Shown piece by piece: positions 1 through 13,877 of a stretch of DNA of 64,000 nt. This DNA comes from Paraphysomonas bandaiensis. Taxonomy: Eukaryota > Protista > Chrysophyceae. The notes under the pieces are model-generated. The model worked only from the letters and a program-made list of their open reading frames with translations. It made no database searches and was not told the origin of the DNA. Within the stretch, counting starts at the first letter, position 1. Each line of letters starts with the position of its first letter. The DNA is taken from the NCBI GenBank assembly GCA_965644295.1, contig CBFFRP010000281.1:310001-374000 (forward strand). Direction: 5' to 3'. The translations under genes and the position numbers were made by a program.

Positions 1-215
1 TAGCAATACTTATGGCCTCTATATCTAGTAAACCAACCACGTACCATGTGAATATAAAGTGAAGAATGTCGTCCACAAGAACACGAGTTTTATTCAATTA
101 AATAGCTTCATCACCAAAAAAATGTTATAACTTCTTCTGAAATATTTTAGTACACACATAAAACAAATATAGCACTGGTATGGTTGTAGTTGAAGTGACC
201 ACAGTGTCAACTAGA

Positions 216-808
216 TCATGAACTCGTCGCAATATCGTAAGCATGCATGATTAATCCGACCACCATGACAACCACAAATAAGACAACAGTTTGGTGCCAA
301 AATCGAGTAGAATTCTGTGGTAATAGATAACAACAAAAATCAGATATCGTGCACAAATCAACTCACCCCTGCACCATCAATCACTACTTTCTGCAGTGTA
401 CCTTCACTGTCACGACCTTTTCTCTCTCCCGCACTTGCTTTACCAGCTTTCAATGCCTATAGCAAGTTGCACATAACTACACATTTAACCGCTGATTACT
501 ATTTGTCAGACCTGAGGAACAACGAAAATATAGTTTACTAATCCGCCGAACAATGCCACTGAAGAGGAGATAAGAGAGAATGTATCCCCTTTATACAAAG
601 AGCAACCAAGACATACAAGTAATGGAAATTGAATATATAAGAAAAACCAGCTTGTAATCCTCATTTGTATGACGACAAACTTTTCACGTCCGATAAATAG
701 TAGAAGCTTAGGAGATTGGACGAAAAAGAAAAACACTGTTGCACCTAGAACTAATCCAAGACATAATATATCCAGCGTAATAATAGCAGCTTGATAATTG
801 AGTTGCAT
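216..808 (-). CDS. TMEM205/DUF4149-like membrane protein (3 exons)
   Basis: ORF 808-506 (LGATVFFFFVQSP...GREKFVVIQMR) splices by GT-AG to ALKAGKASAGERKG... and then NSTRFWHQTVVLFVVVMVVGL...TSS* ending at 216; four hydrophobic helices. Confidence 0.6.
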
Positions 809-1376
809 ATTTACGGAAGGTTGTGTTGTGGATCTCTACTATGGATCTGACTTGATATGGTTGATATCCTCATACTACACTGCTGTGTATGATCCTGCCT
901 CTGCTGTATAGTATACCATACTGCCTGTAGTAGTACATTGTACGTACGTACATATGACAACAGCAGTATATCCGACATTTTGATAAGAAATACTCGTGTT
1001 TATGGGAAAACCCTTATTTCTGGCGTCCCAATATTCATAGAATCCCGAATATACATACTAATGTACGAAAGTCATAGGAATAAAACGGCGTGTACATATA
1101 CATGTATATGGTATAGTGGCAAAGTGGTGTATGTATATATATGAGATGAGGTTTAAACATGGAATAATATACTTATGAAGGTGTTTGTTATCACATGGAA
1201 GGTTCCAGCATATCATTGAAGTGTAACTTCATGTATCAAATGGTTACATTGATAAGTATCTATTGAGAGTAGACAGAGCATTGAGCTACTCATATGTATA
1301 TATATATACATGTATGATATGACAGATTATCTATTTAATATCTAATAGCGAGTGTATTTCTATTAACAATACGAAT

Positions 1377-4300
1377 ATGTCTGGTCTTGATGATGCTAGT
1401 GCTGTGACAGCTAATACAGTTGGTACTGCTGGTTCAGTTTCTGTCGGTACAGCAGGAACTGAACACAACTTGAAAGCACTTCCAAAAAAGCGCTTTAAGT
1501 TTGTAAATCCTTTAGCAGCTACTCAACGGGTATTTGCTCGCAGAAAAGTACGTGAGGAAAGACGTTTATTAAGAAGGGAGGAGTTGATGAAGCAAGATGC
1601 TGAACGATACCTTATGGAGCTTGAAGAAAAGAATACATGGTTAGTATCGGAATTAAGGGAAAGGAACCTCACTCGGATGGTGAGAGAAGAGAATGTGCGA
1701 TATTTTGAAAGTAGAGAGAAGAGGAAGGAAGAAAAGGAACTGCTGGAACGAGAGAAAGAGCAAGGTTTGTCGTACTTCAGGGGACAGATAACTGGATATC
1801 GGAGGTGGCAAAACTCAGCAGCGAAACACTTAGATATAGTCGGACACGAAGGTCCTGTGGCAGCAGTAAAGTTATCTTCGTGTTTAAGGTATATTGTATC
1901 TTGTTCGCAAGATAAGACAATCAAATTATGGGCCCTGCGATCTGGGAAATGTCTCCTCACTTTCAGTGGACATACAAAAAAAGTCAATGACGTCAGTTTT
2001 CATCCCAAGTTTGCGATGGACTCAGCGGATGTATGCCTTGTATCTTGCGCTAGTGACTGCACTCTCAGATTTTGGAGCTGTGTAATGCCTGATGCACTCA
2101 AGGTATCAGCGATTTATATGCTCACTTTTCATAAAACTTACTGTTTAGACGTTGTATATTTTCGCATTGCGTAGTATATATATGTTTATATGACCTCAAT
2201 TATTTCACAGGTTGTCAATGGGCACACGGAGGCTGTATACCGGTGCTCTTTCTCTCCAGGAGGGCAAAGAGTGGTGTCTTGTTCAGAAGATCAAACAGCA
2301 AGGGTTTGGACAGTCCCTGAAGGATTTTTGCTATTCATATACCAGGCTCACCAGTCGCCCGTTACGACGGTCAAATTTTCACCGTCTGGAAGGTATGGTG
2401 TGTTATATTGTCTTGGCTATACGCACTTTTTAGACGACTCTGAATTTCGTGCTTGGTCGCAGATATTTAGTAACGGGTTCAGATTATGGTGAGCGTAAAC
2501 TCCTTCTATGGGACGCGTCATGCCCACGATTCAATGTCACCGCCCAGTTTCCACACATGATATTTTGGTCACCAGAGGGTCTTATTCGTAAGATTCTAAT
2601 GAGAAAAGCAACTCCCAGTCAACACTTTTGGATGACCCAGAAGCAGCTTAGTACTCTAGATGAGGAGGAGATGGTCGAAACCTGGCCCGGTGAAAATGCG
2701 ACACTTGAAGACATTGCTAGCGATAGTGAGTCAGGATCTGAGGGAGATGAAGATGGCGCAGTAATTGAGGACGATGATTTTGGTAAAGGTGATGTTAAAG
2801 ATGATGGGGGAGCTGTCGTAATGGTGACAGCTGTTGACAAGGAGGGACAGCAACAGGAGGCGACGGAGTATATCGCTGGGGGAGGAACGCTGGTGGTATC
2901 ACTGCAGGTACTATCTGCGTTCAATGTGGATAGCGCTGTTCTATATTGTACAATGTATACTGTGGTGTACCCGATATTTTTAACGTATTTAACTCTATCG
3001 AACAGAGTATTATTGAACCCATAGCCGAAGCATTTGTTTCAGTGAACTTGAAGGAGCACTCATATGACTCCTACAGCAGTCAATCTGGTGCACGAGTAGG
3101 GCATTTCAAGGCATCGGATCCCATTCCCTGGCGTGAATTTGTCACAGATCCTCTCAATATCCGCCCACCACACCGCCTGCCCCCTCGCACAGTCAAGGAG
3201 ACTTGTAACGGCAAAGCGTTCCAGTATAAGGAGATTAGGCAGTTCAATCGCATCACTGGAGAGGAAATTTTACCCTCTGTGGCGGTCGAGATGTTGTGGA
3301 CATCGCCGCCCCCAAATATGGGGCCTGTTGTCGTAACGGCCAATATACGATTGCGCAACGAAAAATTTTGGAGAAAATTAACTTATTCTCTTAAAGAGAG
3401 TCCGATTAGGTACACTTTATTGCTGTCGTTAAATGATAATGTTTCGTTCATCATCGAATTGCAGGCTCAATTCGGGTGAAGATGACTCTGTAGCGGCGGA
3501 CGGTGATCGGTATCTTTTTAACCAAGAAGAACGACATGATGTATTTTGGCGCTATGTGCGCGAGCAAAATTGGGAAGCTGTGGAGTCGTTCTTTGAAAAC
3601 AAGGTGAAGCAGAACGATATATAAATCACGATACCGTCTGCTTTGCTGATGTAAAGTGTTGTGTAGTGCGCGTTATTTTTTGAAGACCGCATGTTCATTC
3701 GGAAGAGACGAATTTTGGGCCTTCTTAGAAGAATATTCGGTACTCCTCCGGAGCCTAAGAAAGCTGCAGCTGGTACATTTACTTTTCCGTTAGAATCCGA
3801 GAAAAAGAAGAAAGAGTACAAACACGTGGTACTTGCCTGGCCATTTATTCATGTCGCAGGACAGACAAGGTCATCTGCCATGGTCGAGGTAAGGTGATGT
3901 GCTGTGTTATAGGAATGAAAATGCTACGATAATGATTCGTTTTTGATTTATTGTGTCGCATACAGGACCTTGAAGTCTTCCCAGATAATAAGTCGGCGTT
4001 CTCGTCTCTAACCTACCGCGAACCAGTGGTTGACGATGAAGTTAAGATAGACCCTGATGATAAATCTACCACTGAGAAAAATAATGGAGTTCAATCTGAT
4101 AATCAAGGCGTGACTTTCACTACTAAACCGGAGAATATATCCGAAACTGTTGACCTGCCTGCAACCACTCCTCTTATGACTGATACTCGCGCTGCTGTTG
4201 GAAATCCTCAAGACGGTGGGGGTGAAGAATGTGAAAACCAAGTCATTAATATTTCCATGTCTATGGGTGACCCTCCACTGGAAATGGCCGATGGCGACGT

Positions 4301-7300
4301 TTCGGGTGGAGGTGTTGAATTGACCACTGAAGTGAATCAATCCGCTCGCGATTCCGCCCGTCCCTCAACCCGGGGGTCAGAGGCGGATAAAGCGACAGGT
4401 AGTGCTCGTGGGGCACTGGAAGTGGAAATTAGTGCTGGAAGTGGAGTCTCTGAGGAAAAGAGTGATGGGGATGAGAGCGAGTATGAAAGCAGCAGCGAGA
4501 GCGATAGTAGTGGATCAAGCTACTCTGGCTCGGACAGTTCCTCAAGCGGAGACGAAACGGACTCCAGTGAGTCTTCGTCTGATAGCAATGGTTCCCCTCA
4601 ACCGAAAACAAAGTTGAGTCCAATCAAAGAAGAGAGCCCACTTAAACTGAAAACTCCAGTCAAAGGGCGCATTAAGGCTACTTCTCCAACTAAGTATAGT
4701 AGATTGCCCAGTCGAACGAAAAGTACTGAGAGAAAAACCGTGCCCTTTCCTCCTTCAAAGAAAAAGAGTTCATTTTCTCTTTTAAGAAAAATATTTGGTA
4801 AAACGAAGAAGGATGCTGTGCTGAAGTACACACCCTCGGATGGAGACAAGGACTTGACTGACACAAAGGCCCATCGCCGTCGAGCTCACGGCCTTGCAAT
4901 ACCTAAAGTACGTTTTGTTCGTGTATTATCTATACCATTGATTATATTGTTGATATGTACTGTTGTTCCTCTATTTGTGTTATTGCTATATGCTTACTGA
5001 ATGAATGGGTAGCACTGGAGCTGTTCCTACGATATTTGTTTGTACAATAGTTGTTTGTGTCTCTATATTTGTGACTTTGAAGAGTAGATTATATATACCG
5101 AACCAGTTGAAGGAAAAGAGTTCCAGCGAAAGGTACTTTCTCTATGTAGAGTGGTGATTTTATAATTGAGTATATATTTTTCGTGTATAGATGAAGCGAA
5201 TTGCTGCCCAAGAAGCAAGTACTGTATTTGGTCTGGAAATGCTTGGTATTCCTGTCGCCAAGGAAAGCAGACAGTTCACCAATAAAGGATACACTGTAGA
5301 GGATATGGCTGCAATTGGAGATACTCCCCACTGGCTCATGCAACACTTGAAGATCGGTGAGGATGGTGATGTGCTGGAGAATCCTGTTGATGCGGAAGAT
5401 ATGGAACCTGATGTACCAAACGCGAAGGATGGAAGGTTCGGTCCAAGGGCCGAAGGTCTCAGTATGCCTCTTCCGGATATATTTCCACATCGCGCTGGTC
5501 TTGCCAAGGAAGCACTGAAGGCTAATCTAAAGAAAGATGAAAAAGCTAAAGCTAAGATAGAGAAAAAGCGAATCCCAACAACATCGGAAGCACTCCGTAT
5601 GAAAAATGAAAAAGAGAATAGGAAATTATTCGAGGCGCCTGAATGGCTTAAGAACAAGAAGAAAGCAAAGGAAATGGCAGCGGCTTTAGAGTTGGAGGTT
5701 GGCATGAATATTATGTTAAATAGTGGTTATCCTGCGGGGAGAAGAGAGTCGTTAACCTCTCTTCCGGGAATGACTAATCATTACCCCAATCCTAACTACA
5801 AGGACGTGGCACTCATACCATATGGGTACGTGGATCAACGTAACGAATCGAGGACGCTATATCGTACTCTTTTTTCGCGAATGTCGAAGAAGAAAACTTC
5901 AACCGAGGTTATCATTGGCAAGCCTGTGGGAAGAAAGCCCGTTTCATTATGTTCGCAGCAACCAGTGGAAGTGGACGGAAATGCGAGTTTAACCACTGTG
6001 CAAGATTTGACACGAATCGCTCAGGATGAGAACAGTATTGGCAATGCCTCGAATCTGGGTATAGACAACGAAACTGCTGCCAGTGTACTGACATCGGGTG
6101 AAACAAAACCAGCATTGGAATCAGAGGCGGGTACACGCCCTAGTACCAGTGTGTCCCACTCGTACGCTACCAACCAGCGCAACATCACTGGAGGAGATGT
6201 AAGCGTTGTTTCTGGGTCTGCTCCTGCAGGAAGCCGGACTGATGCGACTCTAGACACACGACCAGCATCTGGGAAGCAAGCCACAGCACCTAATACTCAT
6301 ACTGGTGACGCTCCAGCACCACTTCTTGGAGAAACACAACATAGTCAAGCATCTTTTATGAAAAATAAGAAAACAAAGAATTTCTTTTTGAAAGCGACAT
6401 CTATTCCAGATGATGTGTACCTTGATCGTCGCGGCTCTTTTCACATCGCCCCAGGGTTGGAAAGTTTTTCCAAGTACCTCGAGGAAAAGCGAGATCCTCT
6501 GAAAAATAAGAAGTATGATGACTACGGACGACCAATACAAGTTGGCAAGTCTAGTACGTTGAAAACTAGCAACATCCGTAAAGACACCATGGAAGCAGCA
6601 GGGTTAATATGTGTGATGCACACCAACGTAAGTACCAGCGTATATGTCCACTATGTTAGTTGAGAAAAGTGTGCAGGGCTTCGATGTTGCGCACCAAGGC
6701 ACTATTAACGATGCCCTATTTTCTCCTTCTGAAAACAGAATTGCATCATGTGGTGGCGATCACTTAATCAAGGTTATAATGTTTTTCTCATTTTCTTTTG
6801 TCACAGTCGTGATTGTAGTTATGGGATCCACGAGACGGGTCATTTGTCCGCAGGTTAGTGGGACACACCGCCGAGGTAACTGCACTGTGCTACACCACGG
6901 ATGAGTTGTACCTAGTATCAGCTGGGGGTGATCATAGCATTCTTATATGGGACCTTACTGTTTTCAAAGTAACTCGAACCCTAAGGGGTCATGCGGATGT
7001 TATCAACGGGTATATGGGTATATATTGTAGACTGATATTAACTTAATATTTGTGTTTGCTATATAGATTATGCATCAGTCATGATTGCTCTTTTGTGGTA
7101 TCGTGTTCGTATGATAACCTAATAAAGAGCTGGTTTTTGACTCCTCGGAATCCTGATCCTCCTCTACCACCTCGAATTGTTACCAAGACTGAAAATACCG
7201 TTATGATACAATGGCAGGCACCACCGTCGTTCAACGAGCCCATCACTGGGTTTCACCTCCAATACAAGATTCCTGGTCAAGTGGAATGGTTCCCGCGTAA

Positions 7301-9314
7301 GCCCATTAGTATTCCTCCGCATTACAGACAAAAGACAGTCACAGATCTTTCTCCATGTACTACATATCAGTTTCGACTCCGTGCAACGAATCGAATGGGA
7401 GAAAGTGAATGGGGTGCAATGTCGAAACTGGTACATTCACTTCATTCTTTTGTCAATGAAATTCTAATCGCATTTCTCCAGGTCAAAACGAAATCTGGGC
7501 TCCCTTTACAACTGGAGCGACCGGACATATCTGATGTCACGAAAAGGAGTGTATCTATATACTTCTTCACACCTAACCCGAAACTCTTTGGTGCTGCACC
7601 TACCAAGTTTGTGATTAATTGGTCAGGAGAAGGTCGTGTAAGTATTCGTTATGTTTTGGTTGATAATGTCCATAATTATGTTACAAACATTGTCAATAGG
7701 ACTTTGAAGACTCGAAATATGAGCTCACTCTTGAAGATGGGGTGGAAAATGGACATAAGCTAGCAAAGAGCTTCGCCTATTGGACAAGTGAAGAGGGACA
7801 ACGCAAACGCAGGAGAATGAAAAAGAATACTGAATCGAATATCAAAAATGGTAGTTCGATAGATGTTCCTCAACAGACCATGGAGCAAGTTCTGGAGCGC
7901 TACCAACACATTGAAGATTTTCTCCTGAGTGTGGAAGTTCCCGGAATGCGGCCGGGAAACTTGTATCGGTTTCGAGTGGCAGGAATTAATATGGAAGGCC
8001 AAGGGCCGTGGTCGGATGCGTCCTTCTCTCAGGGAACGATGCCTGCTGTCCCGGATGTACCGGAGCCGCCTGTAAGAATTGCGCATGATTTGACGTGGAT
8101 AACTTTCAAGTGGCACGCTCCGAATGATAACGGATCCGCGATTGTAGGATACAGGTATCCATTCATTGGTGTGTTATCTGTTCTATATCACTAAGATTCT
8201 CTCATTCGGTGTAGAATTTGGATCAAACACATCAACTATTACACGGACTTACCACGGTGGCAAAATACTTACCAGTGCACGCGACTGTTACCTGGAGAGA
8301 ACTACTACATCAAGGTCCTCGCGAAAAACGCTGTGGGATGGTCTGAGTACTCAGAATATAACTCTATTGCGGAGGCGGAGACTGCTACGGCTGCCCCAGA
8401 CACACCCCTGAATCCAACGGCGATAGGGGCAGGATGGGGGTATATGACACTTGAAGCGCGATTGCCCTACCCGAATGGTCGAGAAATCACTCAGTTGTTT
8501 GTGCAACACCGGGAGATACAAGCATTTAGCAAGGGACAGTGGTCAACCGATATAAAGTATGAATTAGCAACTGATGTTGAAATCTTAGACGAGACTCCCA
8601 GAGAGCCTGAAATTGAGCGTGAGGAAGAAAGCGACGTCGAAGATAATGGAAAGGTAAAGAAAAAGAAAACACTTAAAAAATTTCCGAATCGGAAGAAGTT
8701 TGTACGCATGGCGACGGGAGTTCTTGAGGAAACAGTCATACAAATCGACACTTCTATTGATGTGAGCTAGAAATGCATTGTTCTAAATATTTTGTTACTG
8801 TATATGCAGAAACCCAAAGGAAGACGAATTGTGTTTGACGTGAAGCCTCTGAAGGCCAACACACTCTATGAGTACCGGATCAGTTTTCAAAATGAAACCG
8901 GCAGAAGTGAATTTAGCATTCCGTCTCAAAGGTTAGAGTGTGTTGTATGTGTCTGAGGTGTAACGTATATGGTGTAGAGCAAAGACACGTCTGCCTGAAG
9001 CTCCTGCGAAGATGAAGGCTCCGCGGTGTATGGAGATAATGCCCAACTTTATCAACATATCATTTGTTCATCCTGCTAATGGTGGGGATGAAATTGTTTG
9101 TTTTTTTGTGAAGTTGCACGATACTGTTCACGACTCAACGCAAATGATGAGGGTACTACCCCACTTCTCAGATTATAAGATAGAAGGGCTTAAACCAGGC
9201 GGAGCATATAGAATATGTATGCGTGCTGATAATGAGGTGGGAGAAGGGCCGTTTTCAAACTGGACAAAAATTGTACATTTACCCAAAGAAAAAGTTAGTG
9301 CGCAGATAAATTAG
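1377..9314 (+). CDS. Large multi-exon WD40-repeat / fibronectin type III protein with a Reeler-like segment and long low-complexity linker
   Basis: Contiguous + strand ORFs joined by short GT-AG introns. GH...W[D/x] repeats lie at ~1840-2510 and ~6680-7140. FN3 motifs (W.AP, Y.FRLRATN..GESEW, YRFRVAGIN..GQGPWS, YRICMRADNEVGEGPFS) lie at ~7150-9314. No intergenic gap is seen, so it is treated as one gene, but it could be two. Confidence 0.7.
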
Positions 9315-9845
9315 TGGAATGCCTGTCGAGGACTATATATACATGTTTCGGTACGGTTATAGCTGTTCTGTAAGTGGTTATTTATGTTAATTTAACCGTT
9401 TTATTAGTAAATATCACACAAGGACTGCACTGTTTATCCACTTTGTTCCTAATGGACTATGTCGTATATATTTTATTTCGATGTTTCATGCCAAACGAAG
9501 TTGAAAAGCTCAAAACTCAAAATCGTTTTATTGTGAAGATAGGTATCTTGAGTTTTGTTGCTGATGCACTATGCAACTATAAATGGTATATATTTTTTCC
9601 TCGGTTGCTGATCTCATGACAAATAAATGTTTCTAAGAACAGATGTTTCATGAATATGTTGTGAAGTATTGAGATTATAGTTACAATTAAAGGTTTACCT
9701 ATAGATGTAGTTCAAGGTTAACTTCAGTGTATTATCCAATTGAAAAATAGTCAATGGGCGAGGTCACTTTACCTTATTTACTATGTACTATTAGATGAAA
9801 AGGCATAGTAATATCAAGGCATTGATCATTATTATTATAATAATT

Positions 9846-11200
9846 GGTTTTAACCACACTCAAAAACCACACTCACCATCACAGCACAAAAAACACTGTT
9901 GTTAGGTACGGAAAAAACGTAACAGTCAATTCGGACTCGACTCAAATGAAGTATGTGAATTCATATGACAGCAGCGGACAACACTCCCAGTGACCCAATC
10001 ACAGGGCAAAATGATGTGCAGGTAACTTTATTATATTCGACTCATTCTTATACTTAAAGATGTCTTCAAAGGAGAGCAGATCCATACAAAAGAGCGCACA
10101 GAGAATGCTGCACGACAAGCCAAAATTAGGGCTGAGTCGAAGAAGCTTCAAAAGCAGTGGAAGCGGGTTAATTTGAGACACGAAACGTTTCATTTGCCAG
10201 ATTCAGACCTTCTCAGTCAATACCCAACGTTAAAGCGCTGCGAAGGCTAACGCTCCTGAGCATATTTCTTTAGTTTGTTACACCTGTACTTGTCACGATA
10301 ATTGCCCGTGATATAGATCCTGAGCACCTCGTTTTAAACAAAGGAAACTCTGTGCTGTTCACTGTGAGTAAGATATAAAAAGATGTGTGCTATTTGGATT
10401 CGTATTTATGGCGAACAGTTCGTTTACCGGAGTCCAGAAGAAGGTCCGTCCACTGTGTTCAGGACTGAAATAATACAGAAAAGAGTTCAGAAGAAATTAT
10501 CCTACGATTTCGTCGTTGGGCATACGATTTGCCGAAACATTCACTGCCAACTTTACGTTTGACAAGCTCTACTCTGAAGATGTCTCCTTGAAGTTTAAGA
10601 GAATTCTTAGAGGGATTATTAATCCGAAGCAATTTCCTGCGTTGACACGACTGGTGCAGCACGGAGTAGATATATGTGGGGAAAATAGAATGGGTATAGA
10701 ACAAAAGAAAGAAGCAAATAGTTGTGCACGCTCAGAAGAAAGATGGGAAGCAAAACACAGTATTAAGTAATGCGTACACGAGGCGGACAACCAAGGCCTC
10801 GATATCATATATGTATTCCTGTGCGTGATGTCATTGACTATTGCATGCTGTTTTATGCCTATGACAAATACAACAAGCAAATCAAACAGAGGGTATAACC
10901 ACGCAGGGATGGTGGCAATGGGCGTTTGGGTGAGGCGGGAAAGCATAATTCGTTTATGTTTGGTTGTATAATAGAAAACACTGTCAACGCATATCGTCAT
11001 ATAATGAATGTCGATTCCGAAGATTTTGAGTACTTTGGTTATTGTCAAACTCTAGCAAACGATTTGTATGTGTATGCAAGCACACTCTCTGATAGTACTA
11101 TTTAGTAGAGTAATACAATGAATTTAATTGATTTGGACGTAAATATATTACTTCTTATAAGTGTGGTTACTGACTGTGGTTAATGAGTGTGGTTAAGACC
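9846..11200. mobile_element. Decayed TIR DNA element with AACCACAC-repeat ends
   Basis: Left end ggttttaaccacactcaaaaaccacac and right end tgtggttaatgagtgtggttaagacc are imperfect inverted repeats. The interior has broken + strand protein-like frames (DVFKGEQIHTKERTENAARQAKIRAESKKLQKQW...) with stops. No clean TSD. Confidence 0.5.
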
Positions 11201-11471
11201 AAATATATAAATTCCTTTCGCGAGCCAACTCCCGGAGGCTTAAAGAAGGTTTCATCAAGAAGGAAAAACATATTGTTCAATATTATTCAACCTAGTCAAA
11301 GTGATAACTTGTACTTGCATAATGCTCTAGGCATTAAAGAACAATGAAGTCAGATAGCAGGTAAAATAAAACTAATGCAGCACCGATCAGGTCAATATAA
11401 AATTATAGTACAGGAAGAGAAATAAATATCAGCATGGACAGGACTCCATCACTTACTCCTCCACTCAAGTA

Positions 11472-11985
11472 GATATTATGTATTGTGTAGTAGACCCTTC
11501 GTTATTTTAACACAATCTTGCTGTCTGGGGGGCTATCAGTGTAGTGAATGCAGTATTATCAATTAATTTAGTATTGCAATTTAACTAACAATTTCCTAAC
11601 TCTCGCTACGAAGCAAAGCTGCTTGTGCATCACCGCAAGCACCAAGATGTAACCACTTTCGCCCTTTCACTCAAAGCAAACACAGTGATAAAGCACCAAG
11701 GATTCGGTAATATACCTAACATCTGCTGACTTAAGGTGAACAGCCCGGATTCTTGACTCGGCAGCAGGCAGCCCAATACCCCGGTTGTCTGTGTGTATTC
11801 GTCCGACGTCTACACAAGTGACACTTACATTTGTGTCCGTTTTGTACCAAACAAACTTTTGGCTATGAGTGGGCTAATATCTATCTGCTGTCTATATTTT
11901 CCCGTATAGAAATCTCTCCGGTAGTTTTATCCCCCAGAACACCACGAAGAGGTGCGAGTCTGACTTTGTTGAGGAGGCTATCTGG
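11472..11985 (-). mobile_element. Diverged copy of the ~0.5 kb non-autonomous retroelement (same family as 27590-28096)
   Basis: The reverse complement aligns with 27590-27960 (cctcaacaaagtc.gactcgcacct.ttcgtggtgttctggg ... gcccactcatagcc ... cttgtgtagacgtcg ... ccggggtattgggctgcctgctg ... cttggtgcttgcgg.ga.gcacaagcagc). The 3' end is divergent and the boundaries approximate (possible old TSD cactca.gt). Confidence 0.7.
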
Positions 11986-12413
11986 CACTCATGTTTGTAT
12001 CCATTAAAAAACTAAACAACGCGCGGTAACCTCACACACACAAACGATATAGTACTGAAAGCGGTTGGTTTCAAAACGAAAGCGCATCTTGATAGGATTC
12101 GCAGTAAATTTCTGCCCACAATTCTCATATTAATAAAAAATTAAATGTTATATAATGAATTCATTAATTGATGGCTAAAAAGTATTCTCCCCCATGTTTG
12201 AGTAACTTTTTTTCTCACTACTACAGTCAAGGTGAATACTATAAATACCTACTAGTCAACCTCTAGTCGAGGAAAAATTAAAAATTATTAGGCCTTTCAA
12301 CCACTTAGAGATGTGATTAGGAATTTACACCGTATTGATTTTCTACTTTAGAATAGCAATACACAATAAACATGATTTTAAGCAATATTATTATGTCCTT
12401 TTTGAACAGGCTA

Positions 12414-13214
12414 TATATATTGTCTTGAAAGTCTTATTATTTATCAATAGGCGATAAAAACTCGTGCCAATATAGTGGCTAGTTGAATGCTAGACATACT
12501 AGTAGTTAGACCTCTACCCATAACTAATCAGCACAAATTCTATTATCCTACTATTTAGCGCTACAGAAGCTGCTTGTGCGTCGCCGCAAGCACCAAGGTG
12601 CGACCACTTCCGTTCTTGATGTTGTTTGTGAGTTTCGCCCTGCTCGTGAGTCTTATGACTCACTGGTGCGTGTTGTCCGGAGGTCTCCCCTTGGGATAAG
12701 GTTCCACCAGGCTCTGAGGCAAGGGTTATGCATTAAGGTCCTAAGTGTACCGAGCACTAGATGTGCGTGTTGAGAGGTGGGTGGTGTGGTGGTTTGTGGC
12801 TTTTAGTCGCCGTGCACCGTTTGAGCGTCGCGCATAGGTGTAGTTGCCGGAGACGGCGTCGCTGTCTAGGGCCTGATGATGTCATGCGGTCCGGTGCTGT
12901 GGTCCTAAGTGTATGAGTGGGGGGGTTCCTATGTGTGGTGGGCGGTGTTCCAGTCTCGGTTCGTCTGTGGATTCCTAGTAATCGCAGCACCCTTGGGCGT
13001 TTCCTTTTCTGTCTATGTTTTGGACGACGCGGTCGGGGTAGTAGCCTAGGGGGTCCTTTCTTTTTAGGGTAACGTATCGTCTACTTCGATCTTGGATCAT
13101 TAGCTTTGCTGCAGTGAAATGCGGTAGAAGCAATCTGATGACCGCTGATTCGATGTTGCGCAGTCCTTGGGGTGTCAGTGACTCATGGATGTGATCTCCA
13201 AAAACCATCTCGAG
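12414..13214 (-). mobile_element. 5'-truncated non-LTR retrotransposon copy A
   Basis: Perfect 13-bp TSD TTTGAACAGGCTA (12401-12413 and 13215-13227). The 3' end is shared with the copies at 39469, 47632, 52896 and 28096, with a short (AT)n tail. ORF remnant SGPRQRRRLRQLHLC is also in copy E. Confidence 0.85.
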
Positions 13215-13877
13215 TTTGAACAGGCTACACATACACACATACAACCTGAAGCATAAACTTTAAGAGTATACCATCCAAAATTATTGACTAAAACAAATAA
13301 AATATTGCTTTGTGGTTAAGTTATTCCTCTATCATTTCTCAGGAAACGAATTCACTGAGCCGTTAATGCTGCACTTTACCAGGAGAATCATTGTTCGATA
13401 TATATTAATTCACAAGTTCGTTCATTGCATTTATTCTGCATATATATTATTACAGAAAGTAATTACTGAGTTATTGTGCAGTACTAATAGTCGATAACTT
13501 ACATATTGTCTTTATAAGAACGATATATTAGCTATTAGTAAAATAAATTTCGTGGATCTGCAGTTTTGTATTGTTTGAGCCTCTTATTCACACACAGCAA
13601 CAGTATTTTGTTTGTACGCTGCGCATGTATATAATTTAAAGCAGGTAAATGCATGACACATCAATATATGATCGTTGATAAATACTAATTACTTATGATA
13701 ATCTTCACATACGACACGACAGAGTAAGTCCGCAACTTTGGCGATAACGAAACCCTACGAGTGTCAACTTTCTTCGACCATTCATACAATGTACATGAAC
13801 GGATCACCTACAGATATGCACATTATTAACTAACTACCAGGAATTCCATATTTGTGAACTCTTAAATAAGAATCATC

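Noticed and set aside
1523-6540. Many 60-180 aa antisense ORFs over long exons (also over the ATPase and GT2 genes)
   Set aside because: Shadow frames of real genes with no motifs of their own.
12628-12665. Hammerhead-like GTGAGTC...GAAACTCAC (element strand) in the LINE 3' region, also in copies C and E
   Set aside because: The core reads C[T/A/G]CACGA rather than CTGANGA, and there is too little sequence for stems I and II; more likely a plain hairpin.
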